This document shows, in pieces, positions 39,801 to 48,969 of a stretch of 64,000 bases of DNA. Where the stretch lies: assembly GCA_965243025.1 (NCBI GenBank), contig CBDETY010000003.1:608001-672000 (forward strand). Reading direction: 5' to 3'. Each line of letters begins with the position of its first letter. Within the stretch, counting starts at the first letter, position 1. The position numbers were made by a program, and so were the translations under genes. This DNA comes from Candidatus Latescibacterota bacterium. Lineage in GTDB: Bacteria > Latescibacterota > UBA2968 > UBA8231. Below the pieces are notes generated by a model. That model did not search any database, was not told the DNA's origin, and saw only the letters and a program-made list of their open reading frames with translations.

Positions 39801-41177
39801 CACCACCGAGGTCCAGCCATGGTGCGTAAAGGTTGAGGTGATCTCTCCCGTATCCAGGTCCCTCAGCTCGATCGAGGTGTAGGTTCCCGAGGCCAGCGTC
39901 CTGCCGTCGGGGGAAATCGCCAACTCGCCCCAGGAGTCGTCGAACTCCAGGGTAGCCGTGGGTGTGCGCGTCCCCAGGTCCCAGAGTTTGACGGTGCGGT
40001 CCTTCGACGCCGAAGCCAGGGTCTTTCCGTCGGGGGCAAAGGACAGCGAGCTGACCAGGTCCGAGTGTCCCCGGAGAGCGGCGATCTGGTTGGGGGAAGT
40101 CTGCCAGAGAACGACAGCCTTCCAGGCCCTGTTCCCATTAACATCGACTGCCGAGACCCGCACTTTGTGGGCGGCGGAATCGGCAAGGCCCGAATTGAGG
40201 GCGGACGGCACGACACCGTCGAAATCGAATTCGGCGACGGCTCTTTTCCCGGACAACCTGCGGCACGCCTTGACCTCAAAAAATCCGGCGGAGCTGTGCG
40301 GTTCCCGCGTAGTCACGAACAGGGACACCTGCTGAAGACCCTCCGCATCCTGGATCTCGAGGCGTACCGGGACGGTTTCAGACCCTGCGGGATACTCGGG
40401 CAGCGAAAGGAGCTCGACCGTCGGGGCGGTCGTCTCTTCGGCCGGCGCGCCCGGCAGGAAGTAGGGGTGCACGGCCAGGAACCCGGCGCTGCACGCGGAC
40501 AACCGGTTCCTGGTGCGGCCGTAGGACATGAGGTAGGAGTCATCGCGGAAATCGTGAGGCAATCCGAAGGCGTGGCCGAGCTCATGGGCGGCCAGAACCC
40601 AGTCGAAGTCCGCCGAAACCACTGCGCTGCCGCTGTTTCTTCCCTTCCTGCCCCCCTTGCCCCGCGCGCTTCCGGCGCCCACCAGGTTGCTGCTGTTGTC
40701 GCTGACGATCAGGTAGACGCTCTGGGAGAAGTCGAATGACCCGGCGACCTCGACGGCTTCACCTTCGTGAGTGAGGTAGTGGCTGTCAGGGTGCCGGCCA
40801 TTCACCCGGTGAACCAGCGGCTCTCCACGGACATCGGTCTCGATGCGGAAGGTCCGGTCGCCGTACCCGTGCCACCGCAGCTGCCTGGCATAGAAGGACT
40901 GAACCTGCCTGATGACGGTTTTCATCGAATCGACCACGCCGGGCCGAAAGGGACGGTCGCTCGGCAGGAAGTAGATCAGCCGCACCGTGCGCGGGGCTGC
41001 GGAGTCGAGGTCGGCCAGCCGCTTGGCGGCGGCCGTGGTGTCGCGGGTCAGGTGATCGAAATCGAGGGGGCGGCAGAAATGCACGCTGCCGGGAGGGGAA
41101 GACGCGTGACCGGCGGCGGCCGTGAACAGAACGAGGCCGAACTGGAGAAATGCAAAACGAAGAACCCGGGGTTTCAT
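36807..41177 (-). CDS. Secreted metzincin-like protease + 7 WD40 + Ig-like + 14 WD40 + FlgD/T9SS-A-like C-terminal domain (paralog A)
   Basis: Signal peptide MKPRVLRFAFLQFGLVLFTAAAGHA; HELGHAFGLPHD...LMSY; GH..V.SVAFSPDG..LASGS.D.TV.LWD repeats; QNAPNPFNS...WDGRD..G..LASGIYLYRL. Confidence 0.9.
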   Translation of the reverse strand: MKPRVLRFAFLQFGLVLFTAAAGHASSPPGSVHFCRPLDFDHLTRDTTAAAKRLADLDSAAPRTVRLIYFLPSDRPFRPGVVDSMKTVIRQVQSFYARQLRWHGYGDRTFRIETDVRGEPLVHRVNGRHPDSHYLTHEGEAVEVAGSFDFSQSVYLIVSDNSSNLVGAGSARGKGGRKGRNSGSAVVSADFDWVLAAHELGHAFGLPHDFRDDSYLMSYGRTRNRLSACSAGFLAVHPYFLPGAPAEETTAPTVELLSLPEYPAGSETVPVRLEIQDAEGLQQVSLFVTTREPHSSAGFFEVKACRRLSGKRAVAEFDFDGVVPSALNSGLADSAAHKVRVSAVDVNGNRAWKAVVLWQTSPNQIAALRGHSDLVSSLSFAPDGKTLASASKDRTVKLWDLGTRTPTATLEFDDSWGELAISPDGRTLASGTYTSIELRDLDTGEITSTFTHHGWTSVVFAPDGRTLASRSHSTIKLWDLVERTNRTYSLGRHKGRVGAMAVSPDGATLAAGSAYGWLLLWEVNTGQLSMAFEGHRGRVRWLAFSPDSQLLASGAYATARLWEVASGINTATLSGHGTNVNSLAFSPDGATIASASDGTIRLWDVGTGEATATFRGHDFRITSVKFSPQGGILASAALDGTLRLWDVSEWIRPIPHRLVKISGDDGRGWTGSRLEDPFVVSVRDRNGRGLENVAVAFSVTAGSGRLREKFAVEKVTTAAGGRAECFLTLGPNPGTNRVEAAVPGLGRVTFDATGIGIPVFEDDLQTRRVLDDGTVRLGKGRIGLGDRAVAVSPDGSRLAVASGIGIWLYDAAPPGAPLLRLPAEEAHSLAFSPDGTLLAAGGPEGGSVELWHVDAGQRIADIGPGSGCVAFAPDGATLAFGSPGGAVGLWDVAAGTDAGTLEGHSGLVHSLAFSPDGATLASGSADKSVRLWDFASGTNTATLPAHRDAVNSVAFSPDGRTLASGSDRSVELWDAGAGTNTATLLVHRGGVRSVAFSPDGGSLACGSEGGAVLLWDMAARSAETFSGHTAWINSVAFFPDGSRLASGSADGTVRLWDAATGSSSSLEGHAGKVASVSFSPDGATLASGSENSVLLWDPGTGSTSSLEDHTAVVRSVDFSPDGRTLASGSEDKTVKLWDLDTGKSTATLYDHLDVVSSVAFSPSGALLASGSEDKTVRLWDPAGANLITLYWASVPVLSVAVSDDTTLAVGLNNGSIKVWDARRKGNGLRGSGGAVHSVAISPGGSILASGSEDGTVRLWDLDEGSAVTFSGHTAAVRSVAFSPDGTALASASHDGRVKLWDVPGKEIAATLARHVRKVNSVAFSPDGTSLACGLQDGGILLLDTRLHLHPGIPAKPPGLRQNRQQELLLQQNAPNPFNSNTVIPYVLLSPGPARLEIFALTGQRVAVLRRGDQKAGSHRLHWDGRDNEGRSLASGIYLYRLVTPEGVRTRKLTLLR

Positions 41178-41254
41178 GGCTGGTCTCCGTTGATTTCGGT
41201 GCAAGCCGCAACAACCGCCGCTGACCAGAAGGTAGTTCAGGGCGGGCGAATACA

Positions 41255-41736
41255 AAGGCGGGCTCGACCTGCTGCTGCTCGACGGCACCGGCGGGATCGC
41301 CGCAGGCCCCTGGCCCGAGCTGCGGGGCGCTCCCGACCTCGGGCTGCTGCGGGACGCGGTCGCCATCCTCAGGCGCCTCGACCGCGAGGAGGAGGTCGAT
41401 CTCGTCTGGTTCGGGGGGGTGCGCTCGGGAACCGACGCCGCCAAGCTCGTCGGCCTCGGCGCGGTCGCCATGGTCCTCGGGGTCTCCACCGGAATCGCCG
41501 CCGGAGGCCGGATCGCCGGGGATTCCCTGGTTTTCGAGGCCGGCCTGGGAACCGCGGAGCGCGCAGAAGCGGTGGCCAACCTGATCAGGGCGAACACCGG
41601 CGAGGCCTCGATGATGGCGCGCTGCACGGGCAAGACCGATCTCCACAACATCGAGCCCGAAGACCTGCGCGCCCTCACCCTGGCGACCGCGGAGAGCGCC
41701 GGCCTGCCGCTGGCCGGGACCAGGGAAAGCGGCTGA
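41255..41736 (+). pseudogene. Duplicated 3' stub (~160 codons) of the GltD-like fusion gene
   Basis: Near-identical to 36101-36585; frame open to TGA but no 5' part. Confidence 0.9.
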
Positions 41737-41848
41737 GCGCGGCCCTGCCTCCACTTCACTTCTTCAGCAAACACATCGCACTCGGAGGCAGACCGGGCAG
41801 GGGCGCTGGCTTTCGGCATCCCTTCCCCGCCTGGCCTGCCCGCCGCCT

Positions 41849-44800
41849 TCAGCGCAGCAGCGTGAGCTTGCGCGTCCGCACCCCTTCGGGGGTCACCAGC
41901 CTGTACAGGTAGATGCCGCTGGCCAGGGGGCGGCCCTCGCTGTCGCGGCCGTCCCAGTGGAGGCGGTGACTGCCGGCTTTCTGGTCTCCCCGGCGCAGGA
42001 CCGCCACCCGTTGTCCGGTGAGCGCGAAGATCTCCAGGCGCGCCGGCCCCGGAGAGAGGAGGACGTAGGGGATGACGGTGTTGCTGTTGAACGGGTTGGG
42101 GGCGTTCTGCTGCAACAGGAGCTCCTGCTGCCGGTTCTGCCTGAGGCCCGGGGGCTTTGCCGGGATTCCCGGGTGCAGGTGCAGCCGCGTGTCCAGCAGC
42201 AGGATCCCGCCGTCCTGCAACCCGCAGGCCAGGCTCGTCCCATCCGGGGAAAACGCCACCGAATTGACCTTGCGCACGTGCCTTTCAAGGGTGGTGATGA
42301 TCTCCTTCCCGGGTACGTCCCACAGCTTGACCCTGCCTCCATGCGACGCCGAGGCGAGGGCAGTACCGTCGGGGGAAAAGGCCACCGAGCGGACCGGTGC
42401 GGCATGCCCGGACAAGGTGGTGGCGCTGCCTTCGGCCAGGTCCCACAATTGGACGATTCCCTCCTCGGATCCCGAGGCGAGCATCGTCCCATCCGGGGAG
42501 AATGCCACTGAATGGACCCCTTCTCCGCGTTCCGAGAACAGCCTCATTTTCCTCTTTTTCACGTCCCACAGCTTGACCAGGCCGTTGGCCAGGCCGACTG
42601 CGAGGGTGGTGTCGTCCGTGATCGCCACGGAAAGGACCGGGGACAAGGCCATGATGAGGGTGTCGGTGTTCCCGGTGGCCGGGTTCCACAAGCGGACCGT
42701 TCTGTCCGCGGATCCCGTTGCGAGCAGAGTTCCGTCAGGGGAGAAATCCACGGAAAGGACCGCCTTCCTGTGACCGTTCAGGGTGGCGGTATTCCTTCTC
42801 GTGACGGGATCCCACAGCCGAACCGTCCCGTCCTCGGAAACGGAAGCGAGAATCGCACCGTCCGGCGAGAAGGCAACGGACCGGACGAAATCCGTATGCC
42901 CCTCGAAGGTGGAGGTCCTTCCTGAGTCGACGTCCCAGACCAGGACCGAGTGTTCCGATCCGGACGCGAGCGTCGCCCCGTCGGGTGAGAACGCCACCGA
43001 AGGGACCTCCCCCGTATGCCCTCCGAGGCTGCTGCTGCTTCCCGTCGCCACCTCCCACAGTCTCACCGTGCCGTCAGCCGAGCCAGAAGCCAGCCGTGTC
43101 CCGTCCGGGGAGAAAGCCACCGATTTGACCCAGGCCAGATGCCCGGGAAGGGTTACGGGGCTCTGCGTCGCCACGTCCCAGAGCAGAATCGCGCCGGCGC
43201 CAAACCCGCAGGCCAGGTTTCCTCCGTCCGGTGAGAAGGCTACCGACCTGAACGGGCCTGTATGCGGCAGGAGGGTGGCGGTATTCGTTTCGATACCTAC
43301 ATCCCAGAGCTCGATCGCGCTGTCCGAACAGGATGCGAGCATCCTGCCGTCGGGCGAGAAGGCAACCGAATTGACCCCGTCCCTGTGCGCGGAAAGGGTG
43401 GCGGTATTCGCGCCCGTTCCGGCATCCCAGAGCTTGACCGTGTTGTCGTCGGACCCCGAGGCCAGGGTGGCGCCGTCTGGTGAGAACGCCAGGGAATTGA
43501 CGAGACCTGAATGCTCTTCGAGGGTGGCGGTGTGCGATCGCGTCGTCACGTCCCACAGCCTGACGGCCCCCTCCGCTGAACCGGAAGCCAGAGTTGTCCC
43601 GTCCGGGGAAATGGCCAGGCATCGGCTTCCCCGGCCAAGAGCGGCAATTTCCCGTCCGGTGCCAGCCTCCCACAGCACCACCCCGTCGTCACCCGGCCCG
43701 ACCCCGGCCAGGATCGTCCCATTGCGGGAGAAGGCCAAGGAATGGACTTCCCCCGCGGCATGCAGTAGCACCGGGGCCCCAACCCCTTCGGCGTCGTACA
43801 GCCAGATTCCGATCCCGCTGGCCACCGCGAGGCGCCTTCCGTCGGGCGAAAAGGCTACCGACCTGTCCCTGAGTCCGATCCTGCCTTTCCCCAGGCGGAT
43901 GGTCCCGTCATCGAGCACCCTCCTGGTCTGCGGGTCGTCCGCGGCGAAGACGGGTATGCCGATCCCAGCGGCCTCGAAGGTCACCCGTCCAAGGCCCGGA
44001 ACCGCTGCCTCGACCCTGTTGATCCCCGGATCCGGGCCCAGGGTGAGGAAACATTCCGCTCTTCCTCCGGCAGCGGTGGCAACCGTTTCAACGCCGAACC
44101 TTTCGCGCAGCTTTCCACCGCCCTCGGTGACGGTGAAGGTGACGGCGACGTTTTCAAGCCCCCTGCCGTCTCGATCCCGCACGGCAACGACAAACGGCTC
44201 CTCCAGTCGATATCCCGTCCACCCCCTGCGGCTGTCTCCGGATATTTTCACCAATCTGTGAGGATGGGGCCGCAGCCACTCGGACACATCCCAGAGTCGT
44301 ACCGTGGCGTCGCGCGAGGCGGAGGCGAGAATTCCTCCCTGGGGGGAAAACGCGAGCGCATTGATCCAGCCCCCATGCCCTGTAATAGTGGCGACGTGTT
44401 CCCCGGTCTCCAGGTCCCACAGGAGAATGTTGCGATCCGACACCCAGCCAAGGGTGGCCCCGTCGGGGGAAAACGCCACGGAACTGGCGTGCCTCCGTTT
44501 CCCGGATAAGGTGGCGGTATTCAATCCCGACGCCGTGTCCCACAACTTGACCCCACCGTAGTCGGCAGAGGCGAGCACCTTCGAGTCGGGGGAGAAGGCC
44601 ACCGAGTTCACCGGGCGGACATGCCCCTTGAAGACGGCGGAAAGACGTCCCGTCTTCACGTCCCACAACTGCAGCATTCCGTCAGCCAACCCGCAGGCGA
44701 GCATCGCCCCGTCGGGGGAAAGGGCCACGGAGCCGACCCGGCCCTTGAGCCCTTCCAGGGAAGCGGTATTGGTTTGCGTCCCCAGGTTCCACAGCTTGAC

Positions 44801-46222
44801 CGAGGAATGGGATCCGGAGACGAGCGTCATCCCATCGGGTGAGAAGGCCACCGAGGTCCAGCCGTCGTGCTCCAGGGTACCGGTATGGGTTCGCGTCGCC
44901 AGGTCCCAGAGCCTGATCCCGGAGTAGACCCCGGCAGCCAGGGTCCTGCCGTCGGGTGAAAACGCCACCTCGATCCGGGAGTCCTCGAGCTCCAGGGTAG
45001 CGGCAGGCGCTCGCGTTTCCAGGTCCCACAGCTTGACGGTGCGGTCTCTCGACGCCGAAGCCAGGATCGTCCCATCGGGCGAAAAGGCTACGGAGCCGAC
45101 CCAGTCGGAGTGCCCCTCGAGGCTGGCGATCTGGTTCGGGGAGATCCGCACAGGGGTGAAGACCCTCCGGGTCTTGTTCCCGTTGATATCGACTGCCAGG
45201 ACTCGCACAACGTGGCCCACGGTGTCGGAAAGACTCGCGTGCCCGGTGGACGGAACAACGCCGTCGTAGTCGAATTCGACGACGGCCCTCTTTCCCGACA
45301 GCCGGCGGCACGACTTCACTTCGAAGAATCCGGCGGCGCCGTGCGGCTCCCGCGTCGTGACGAACAGGGACACCTGCTGAAGGCCCTCCCCGTCTTCGAG
45401 CTTGATGCGCACCGGGACGCTGCTCGACCCTGCGCGATACTCGAGCCGCGACAGGAACTGGACGGCCGGCGCGGTCGTCTCTTCGGCCGGCACCCCCTGA
45501 ACGAAGTAGGGGTGCACCGCCAGGAATCCTGCGCTGCACGCGGACAGCCGGTTCCTTCTCCTGCCGTAGGACATGACGTATGAGGCGTCGCGGAAATCGT
45601 GAGGCAATCCGAAGGCGTGGCCGAGCTCATGGGCTGCAAGATTCCAGTCGAAATCCGCGGGAATCAGTGCAGCCCCACTGTTTCCTCCTACCCTGCCTCC
45701 CATGCCGCGCGCGGTTCCGCCCCCTACCAGGTTGCTGCTGTTGTCGCTTACGATGAAAAAGACGTTCTCCGAATAATCGAACCACTTCGCAACCTCGATT
45801 GTCTCACCACCCTCGGCGACGTAACGGCTGTCAGGGTGCCGGCCATCGACGCGGTGAACCAGGGGCTCTCCACGGGCATCGGTTTCGATGCGGAAGGTCC
45901 GGTCGCCGTACCCGTGCGACCGCAGCTGCCGGGCATAGAAGGACTGAACCTGCCTGATAACGGTTTTCATCGAATCGACCACGCCGGGGCGGTAGGGGCG
46001 ATCGCTCGGAAGGAAGTACATCAGCCGCACGGTGCGAGACCGCCCGGCGTCGAGGTCGGCCAGCCGCTTGGCGGCGGCCGCGGTGTCGCGGGCCGGGTGA
46101 TCGAAGTCGAGGGGCCGGCAGTAATGCACGCTGCCGGAAGGAGAAGACGCGTGACCGGCGGCGGCCGTGAACAGAACGAGGCCGAACTGGAGAAATGCAA
46201 AACGAAGAACCCGGGGTTTCAT
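41849..46222 (-). CDS. Secreted metzincin-like protease + 7 WD40 + Ig-like + 14 WD40 + FlgD/T9SS-A-like C-terminal domain (paralog B)
   Basis: Collinear with paralog A; HELGHAFGLPHD...VMSY; 21 WD40 units counted by eye. Confidence 0.9.
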   Translation of the reverse strand: MKPRVLRFAFLQFGLVLFTAAAGHASSPSGSVHYCRPLDFDHPARDTAAAAKRLADLDAGRSRTVRLMYFLPSDRPYRPGVVDSMKTVIRQVQSFYARQLRSHGYGDRTFRIETDARGEPLVHRVDGRHPDSRYVAEGGETIEVAKWFDYSENVFFIVSDNSSNLVGGGTARGMGGRVGGNSGAALIPADFDWNLAAHELGHAFGLPHDFRDASYVMSYGRRRNRLSACSAGFLAVHPYFVQGVPAEETTAPAVQFLSRLEYRAGSSSVPVRIKLEDGEGLQQVSLFVTTREPHGAAGFFEVKSCRRLSGKRAVVEFDYDGVVPSTGHASLSDTVGHVVRVLAVDINGNKTRRVFTPVRISPNQIASLEGHSDWVGSVAFSPDGTILASASRDRTVKLWDLETRAPAATLELEDSRIEVAFSPDGRTLAAGVYSGIRLWDLATRTHTGTLEHDGWTSVAFSPDGMTLVSGSHSSVKLWNLGTQTNTASLEGLKGRVGSVALSPDGAMLACGLADGMLQLWDVKTGRLSAVFKGHVRPVNSVAFSPDSKVLASADYGGVKLWDTASGLNTATLSGKRRHASSVAFSPDGATLGWVSDRNILLWDLETGEHVATITGHGGWINALAFSPQGGILASASRDATVRLWDVSEWLRPHPHRLVKISGDSRRGWTGYRLEEPFVVAVRDRDGRGLENVAVTFTVTEGGGKLRERFGVETVATAAGGRAECFLTLGPDPGINRVEAAVPGLGRVTFEAAGIGIPVFAADDPQTRRVLDDGTIRLGKGRIGLRDRSVAFSPDGRRLAVASGIGIWLYDAEGVGAPVLLHAAGEVHSLAFSRNGTILAGVGPGDDGVVLWEAGTGREIAALGRGSRCLAISPDGTTLASGSAEGAVRLWDVTTRSHTATLEEHSGLVNSLAFSPDGATLASGSDDNTVKLWDAGTGANTATLSAHRDGVNSVAFSPDGRMLASCSDSAIELWDVGIETNTATLLPHTGPFRSVAFSPDGGNLACGFGAGAILLWDVATQSPVTLPGHLAWVKSVAFSPDGTRLASGSADGTVRLWEVATGSSSSLGGHTGEVPSVAFSPDGATLASGSEHSVLVWDVDSGRTSTFEGHTDFVRSVAFSPDGAILASVSEDGTVRLWDPVTRRNTATLNGHRKAVLSVDFSPDGTLLATGSADRTVRLWNPATGNTDTLIMALSPVLSVAITDDTTLAVGLANGLVKLWDVKKRKMRLFSERGEGVHSVAFSPDGTMLASGSEEGIVQLWDLAEGSATTLSGHAAPVRSVAFSPDGTALASASHGGRVKLWDVPGKEIITTLERHVRKVNSVAFSPDGTSLACGLQDGGILLLDTRLHLHPGIPAKPPGLRQNRQQELLLQQNAPNPFNSNTVIPYVLLSPGPARLEIFALTGQRVAVLRRGDQKAGSHRLHWDGRDSEGRPLASGIYLYRLVTPEGVRTRKLTLLR

Positions 46223-46410
46223 GGGCTGGTCTCCGTTGATTTCGGTGCAAGCCGGCAACAACCGCCGCTGACCAGAAGGTAGTTCAGGGCGGGCGAATAC
46301 AGAAGCTCGATCCAGTGATTCCTGGTTTCCTGTCCTGTTCCTTGTCTTCGCTTTCTTGATGAAAAGGAAATGGCATGGCGGCCATCTTGTGCGCGCCCCG
46401 ATTGAACCGG

Positions 46411-47352
46411 CTATTCAGAAAGGCTGGCCTTGATCCGGCCCCAGGCGGCGCTTTCGACAGCGGTGTCTCTTGTGGGATCCATTGCGCCAAGAAGGATTCC
46501 CTGGGCCCACACCCCAGACTCATCGGTAAATAGCGGCGGGAGCTTCGTTGGCGGATAATCATCGTAAGAAGCCCCTGGTCCGAGCAACTGGTGGTATCGG
46601 TCTCCCAGAAGCGGTTCTGTATCCGTGTCGGTGTCGACCATTCGAAAATAAAAACGTATGGTCTTTCCGGCATTCAGACTCGAGACCAGACTCTGGTCAG
46701 GGTCTTCCCATATCAAGCGGTCGAAGGGCGTTACATAAAATTCGACGAACGCGTGAACCGGCTGACTTGCAAGCAAATCCCCGCCGGAATCGGAATATGG
46801 GGGCAGGTGCACCCATTCCGTTTGCCGGCTCACTCCATCCAGAATGAGGTGGCTGCCATTGATATGAGGAATGGGAAACCCAATGTATTTCTGTGCCTGG
46901 AGCATGAGATTGTCGAGAGTCTCTTCAAATTCGCCAAGATTTCCACCGCTTTCATCCCCGTCCACATGGAACTGAACGGAAAGGTCCACGGGCCAAATGC
47001 TACGGAGACCTGGATAGGTGTCGTACACATTGATGAAGAGGTCGTCGAGAATTTCAGCTCCTACGAACAGTTGATCGGATGCGTCGTGCCAAGCCAGCCA
47101 GATCCGGAAATCGAACGACGAGGGGTCGTAAACGGGGTAGGACGGGGGAGTGACGAAATCCAGTGGGGTCAGGGTTGGTTCGCCGAGAACCTCCAGCCAG
47201 TCCTCCACGGAACCATCTTTCAAGTCTATTCGGTCCCGCATCTCATCGGTCAGCTCGAAAAAGGGATACAGGCGGTCCGGAAAAAACTGCGCTTCAAGAG
47301 AGAATGCGGTCAGCAGCACAGCAATGGCGATACGGAATGGAATGCCTTGCAT
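46411..47352 (-). CDS. Secreted CBM9/DOMON-like protein ending in TAVESAAWGRIKASLSE
   Basis: Signal peptide; IDLKDGSVEDW, FRIWLAWHD...LFVGAEILDD, VEFYVTPFD, GKTIRF. Confidence 0.7.
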   Translation of the reverse strand: MQGIPFRIAIAVLLTAFSLEAQFFPDRLYPFFELTDEMRDRIDLKDGSVEDWLEVLGEPTLTPLDFVTPPSYPVYDPSSFDFRIWLAWHDASDQLFVGAEILDDLFINVYDTYPGLRSIWPVDLSVQFHVDGDESGGNLGEFEETLDNLMLQAQKYIGFPIPHINGSHLILDGVSRQTEWVHLPPYSDSGGDLLASQPVHAFVEFYVTPFDRLIWEDPDQSLVSSLNAGKTIRFYFRMVDTDTDTEPLLGDRYHQLLGPGASYDDYPPTKLPPLFTDESGVWAQGILLGAMDPTRDTAVESAAWGRIKASLSE

Positions 47353-47454
47353 TGGGAAATCCTCCGGTGAGGGAATGTAAAAGAAGAAACCTTCAGACAG
47401 TAGGCAGTTCCCGAGGCGGTAACCTGAGGGCGTATACTCGATTCTCCGGGTCGG

Positions 47455-48386
47455 TTATTCCGAAAGGCTGGCCTTTATGCGGCCCCAGGTAATGCTTTCT
47501 ACAGCGGTGCCATCAATGCGACCGCCTGCGCCCAGAAGAATTCCATCAGCCCACAAGTCAGACGTCCAACTCAAATTTTCCCATGACGCATCCGGTCCAT
47601 TCAAGGCGTGTGAACGATCTGGCAGGAACTGGCCCCGACCCGGATCTTCGTCTTTGTCCGTCATTGACATAGAAAACCCCATCGTCCTACCGGGGGAAAG
47701 GTCCGTGACGAGGCTCTGCTCCGGGGCATCCCAAATCAATCTGTCAAAAGGAGTGATGTAGAATTCGACCACGTAGAAGATGGGCCGATTGTCCAATATG
47801 CTCCCGCCTCCATTGGCATACGGCAGGTAGGTTATCCAAGGCGCCTCACCGCTCAGCCATTGCAGGGTGAGATTGCTGTCGTTCTCATAGTTTTTCGCAA
47901 CCGCGAAATATACTTGTGCCTGTACCATCAGAACATCCCGGTTTGGCATACCGTTCTCATCAAATTCAATCATCGGACCACCACTTTTGTCGGCGTCGAC
48001 ATTAAACCATACGATTGCCTCGGTAGGGGGAAATTCAGGATGGCGAATTCAGTACTCCTCATTATGGACATGGATATCGTCCACGATCTCAGCGGCCACG
48101 AACAGGTGGTTTCCGGCATCGTGCCAGGCCAGCCAGATGCGAAAGTCGAACGACGACGGGTCGTATCCTGCAGAAAATCTCGGGGACGTGGCGAAATCCA
48201 GTGGGGTCAAGGTCGGCTCGCCCATGACCTCGACCCAGTCGTCAATCGACCTTCCCGGAGGTCGATTTCAGCCAGCATGTCGTCGGTCAGCTCGATGAAT
48301 GGATAGAGGCGGTCCTGCCATTGGGCTTCCAGGCAGACCGCCGTAATCAGAAAGGGGATTGCAATCCGGGATGCCAGGGCTCTCAT
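47455..48386 (-). pseudogene. Disrupted paralog of 46411-47352
   Basis: MRALASRIAIPF...DRLYPFIELTD; frameshift near 48250; GEPTLTPLDF...FRIWLAWHD; in-frame TGA at 48049-48051; ends TAVESITWGRIKASLSE. Confidence 0.8.
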
Positions 48387-48399
48387 ACGGGAATTTTCC

Positions 48400-48560
48400 A
48401 TGCGAGCTTTTCGCAGGCGGGCGCAGGGAGTCTCGATGCCATACTTGCGGCACAGGCGGCCGAAGGTGCCTTTGGCAATTCCCAGGGCTTGCCGGCTTCC
48501 GAGTTGCTTTTGTAGACGCGGGCTGCCCGCTCCACCCACTTCTTCGGAATCGCATGCACA
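48400..48560 (-). pseudogene. Frameshifted small HTH-like protein
   Basis: IPKKWVERAARVYKSNSEAG/(frameshift ~48490)/QALGIAKGTFGRLCRKYGIETP; resembles a Fis-like HTH. Confidence 0.5.
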
Positions 48561-48969
48561 GGTGCTTTCCAGGTACCTGGTGTCCCGTCCCCTAGCGCGA
48601 CGGCCTGCGAAGCGCGCCAACCACCCCTGATTGCGAATAACTGCCGGAAGTCGGCAATAAGCGTCCGGAGCACCGGATTGCTGTAGTCGGCCCGGGACGC
48701 GCGTCTCTGATCGTTTGGCCCTTGACACTGTTCAACCCGCCCGGTGGGTTTGATAGGTGACGCGCTGAGACTTCGCCTTTTCTGCTCGATCGACGGCGCG
48801 TCGCAGACCCCGGAAAAAACCCCTCGACGGAGGCGCACTTGCAGGCGCGTACGGACGAGTACGTCCCGGCCGCCGGCCAGCGCCTGGCCAGCGCCTAGAT
48901 GGATCGGAGAGGGAAAACGGCCGGGACCCCTGCGGACCTGATCCACATTTCGATTCGACAGGACGGACG

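Larger units (their letters stand above)
36101..41254. repeat. Diverged tandem duplication, copy 1 (3' end of the GltD-like gene + WD40 gene + its upstream region)
   Basis: Begins aaggcgggctcgacctgctg and ends ggcgggcgaataca, the same boundaries as copy 2. Confidence 0.88.
41255..46301. repeat. Diverged tandem duplication, copy 2
   Basis: Same order and boundaries as 36101-41254. Confidence 0.88.

Noticed and set aside
41178-41819. 214-aa N-terminal extension of WD40 paralog A
   Set aside because: Antisense read of the duplicated stub; paralog B shows the start is MKPRVLRF.
37200-45120. ~120-bp periodic nucleotide repeats resembling a CRISPR or other array
   Set aside because: Degenerate coding WD40 repeats; no invariant repeat with unique spacers, no cas genes.
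36807-46222. Diversity-generating retroelement explanation for paralog variation
   Set aside because: No reverse transcriptase in the window and the differences are not adenine-specific.
48049-48051. In-frame TGA as selenocysteine or recoding
   Set aside because: The same gene also has a frameshift and TGA is an ordinary stop elsewhere; pseudogene is simpler.
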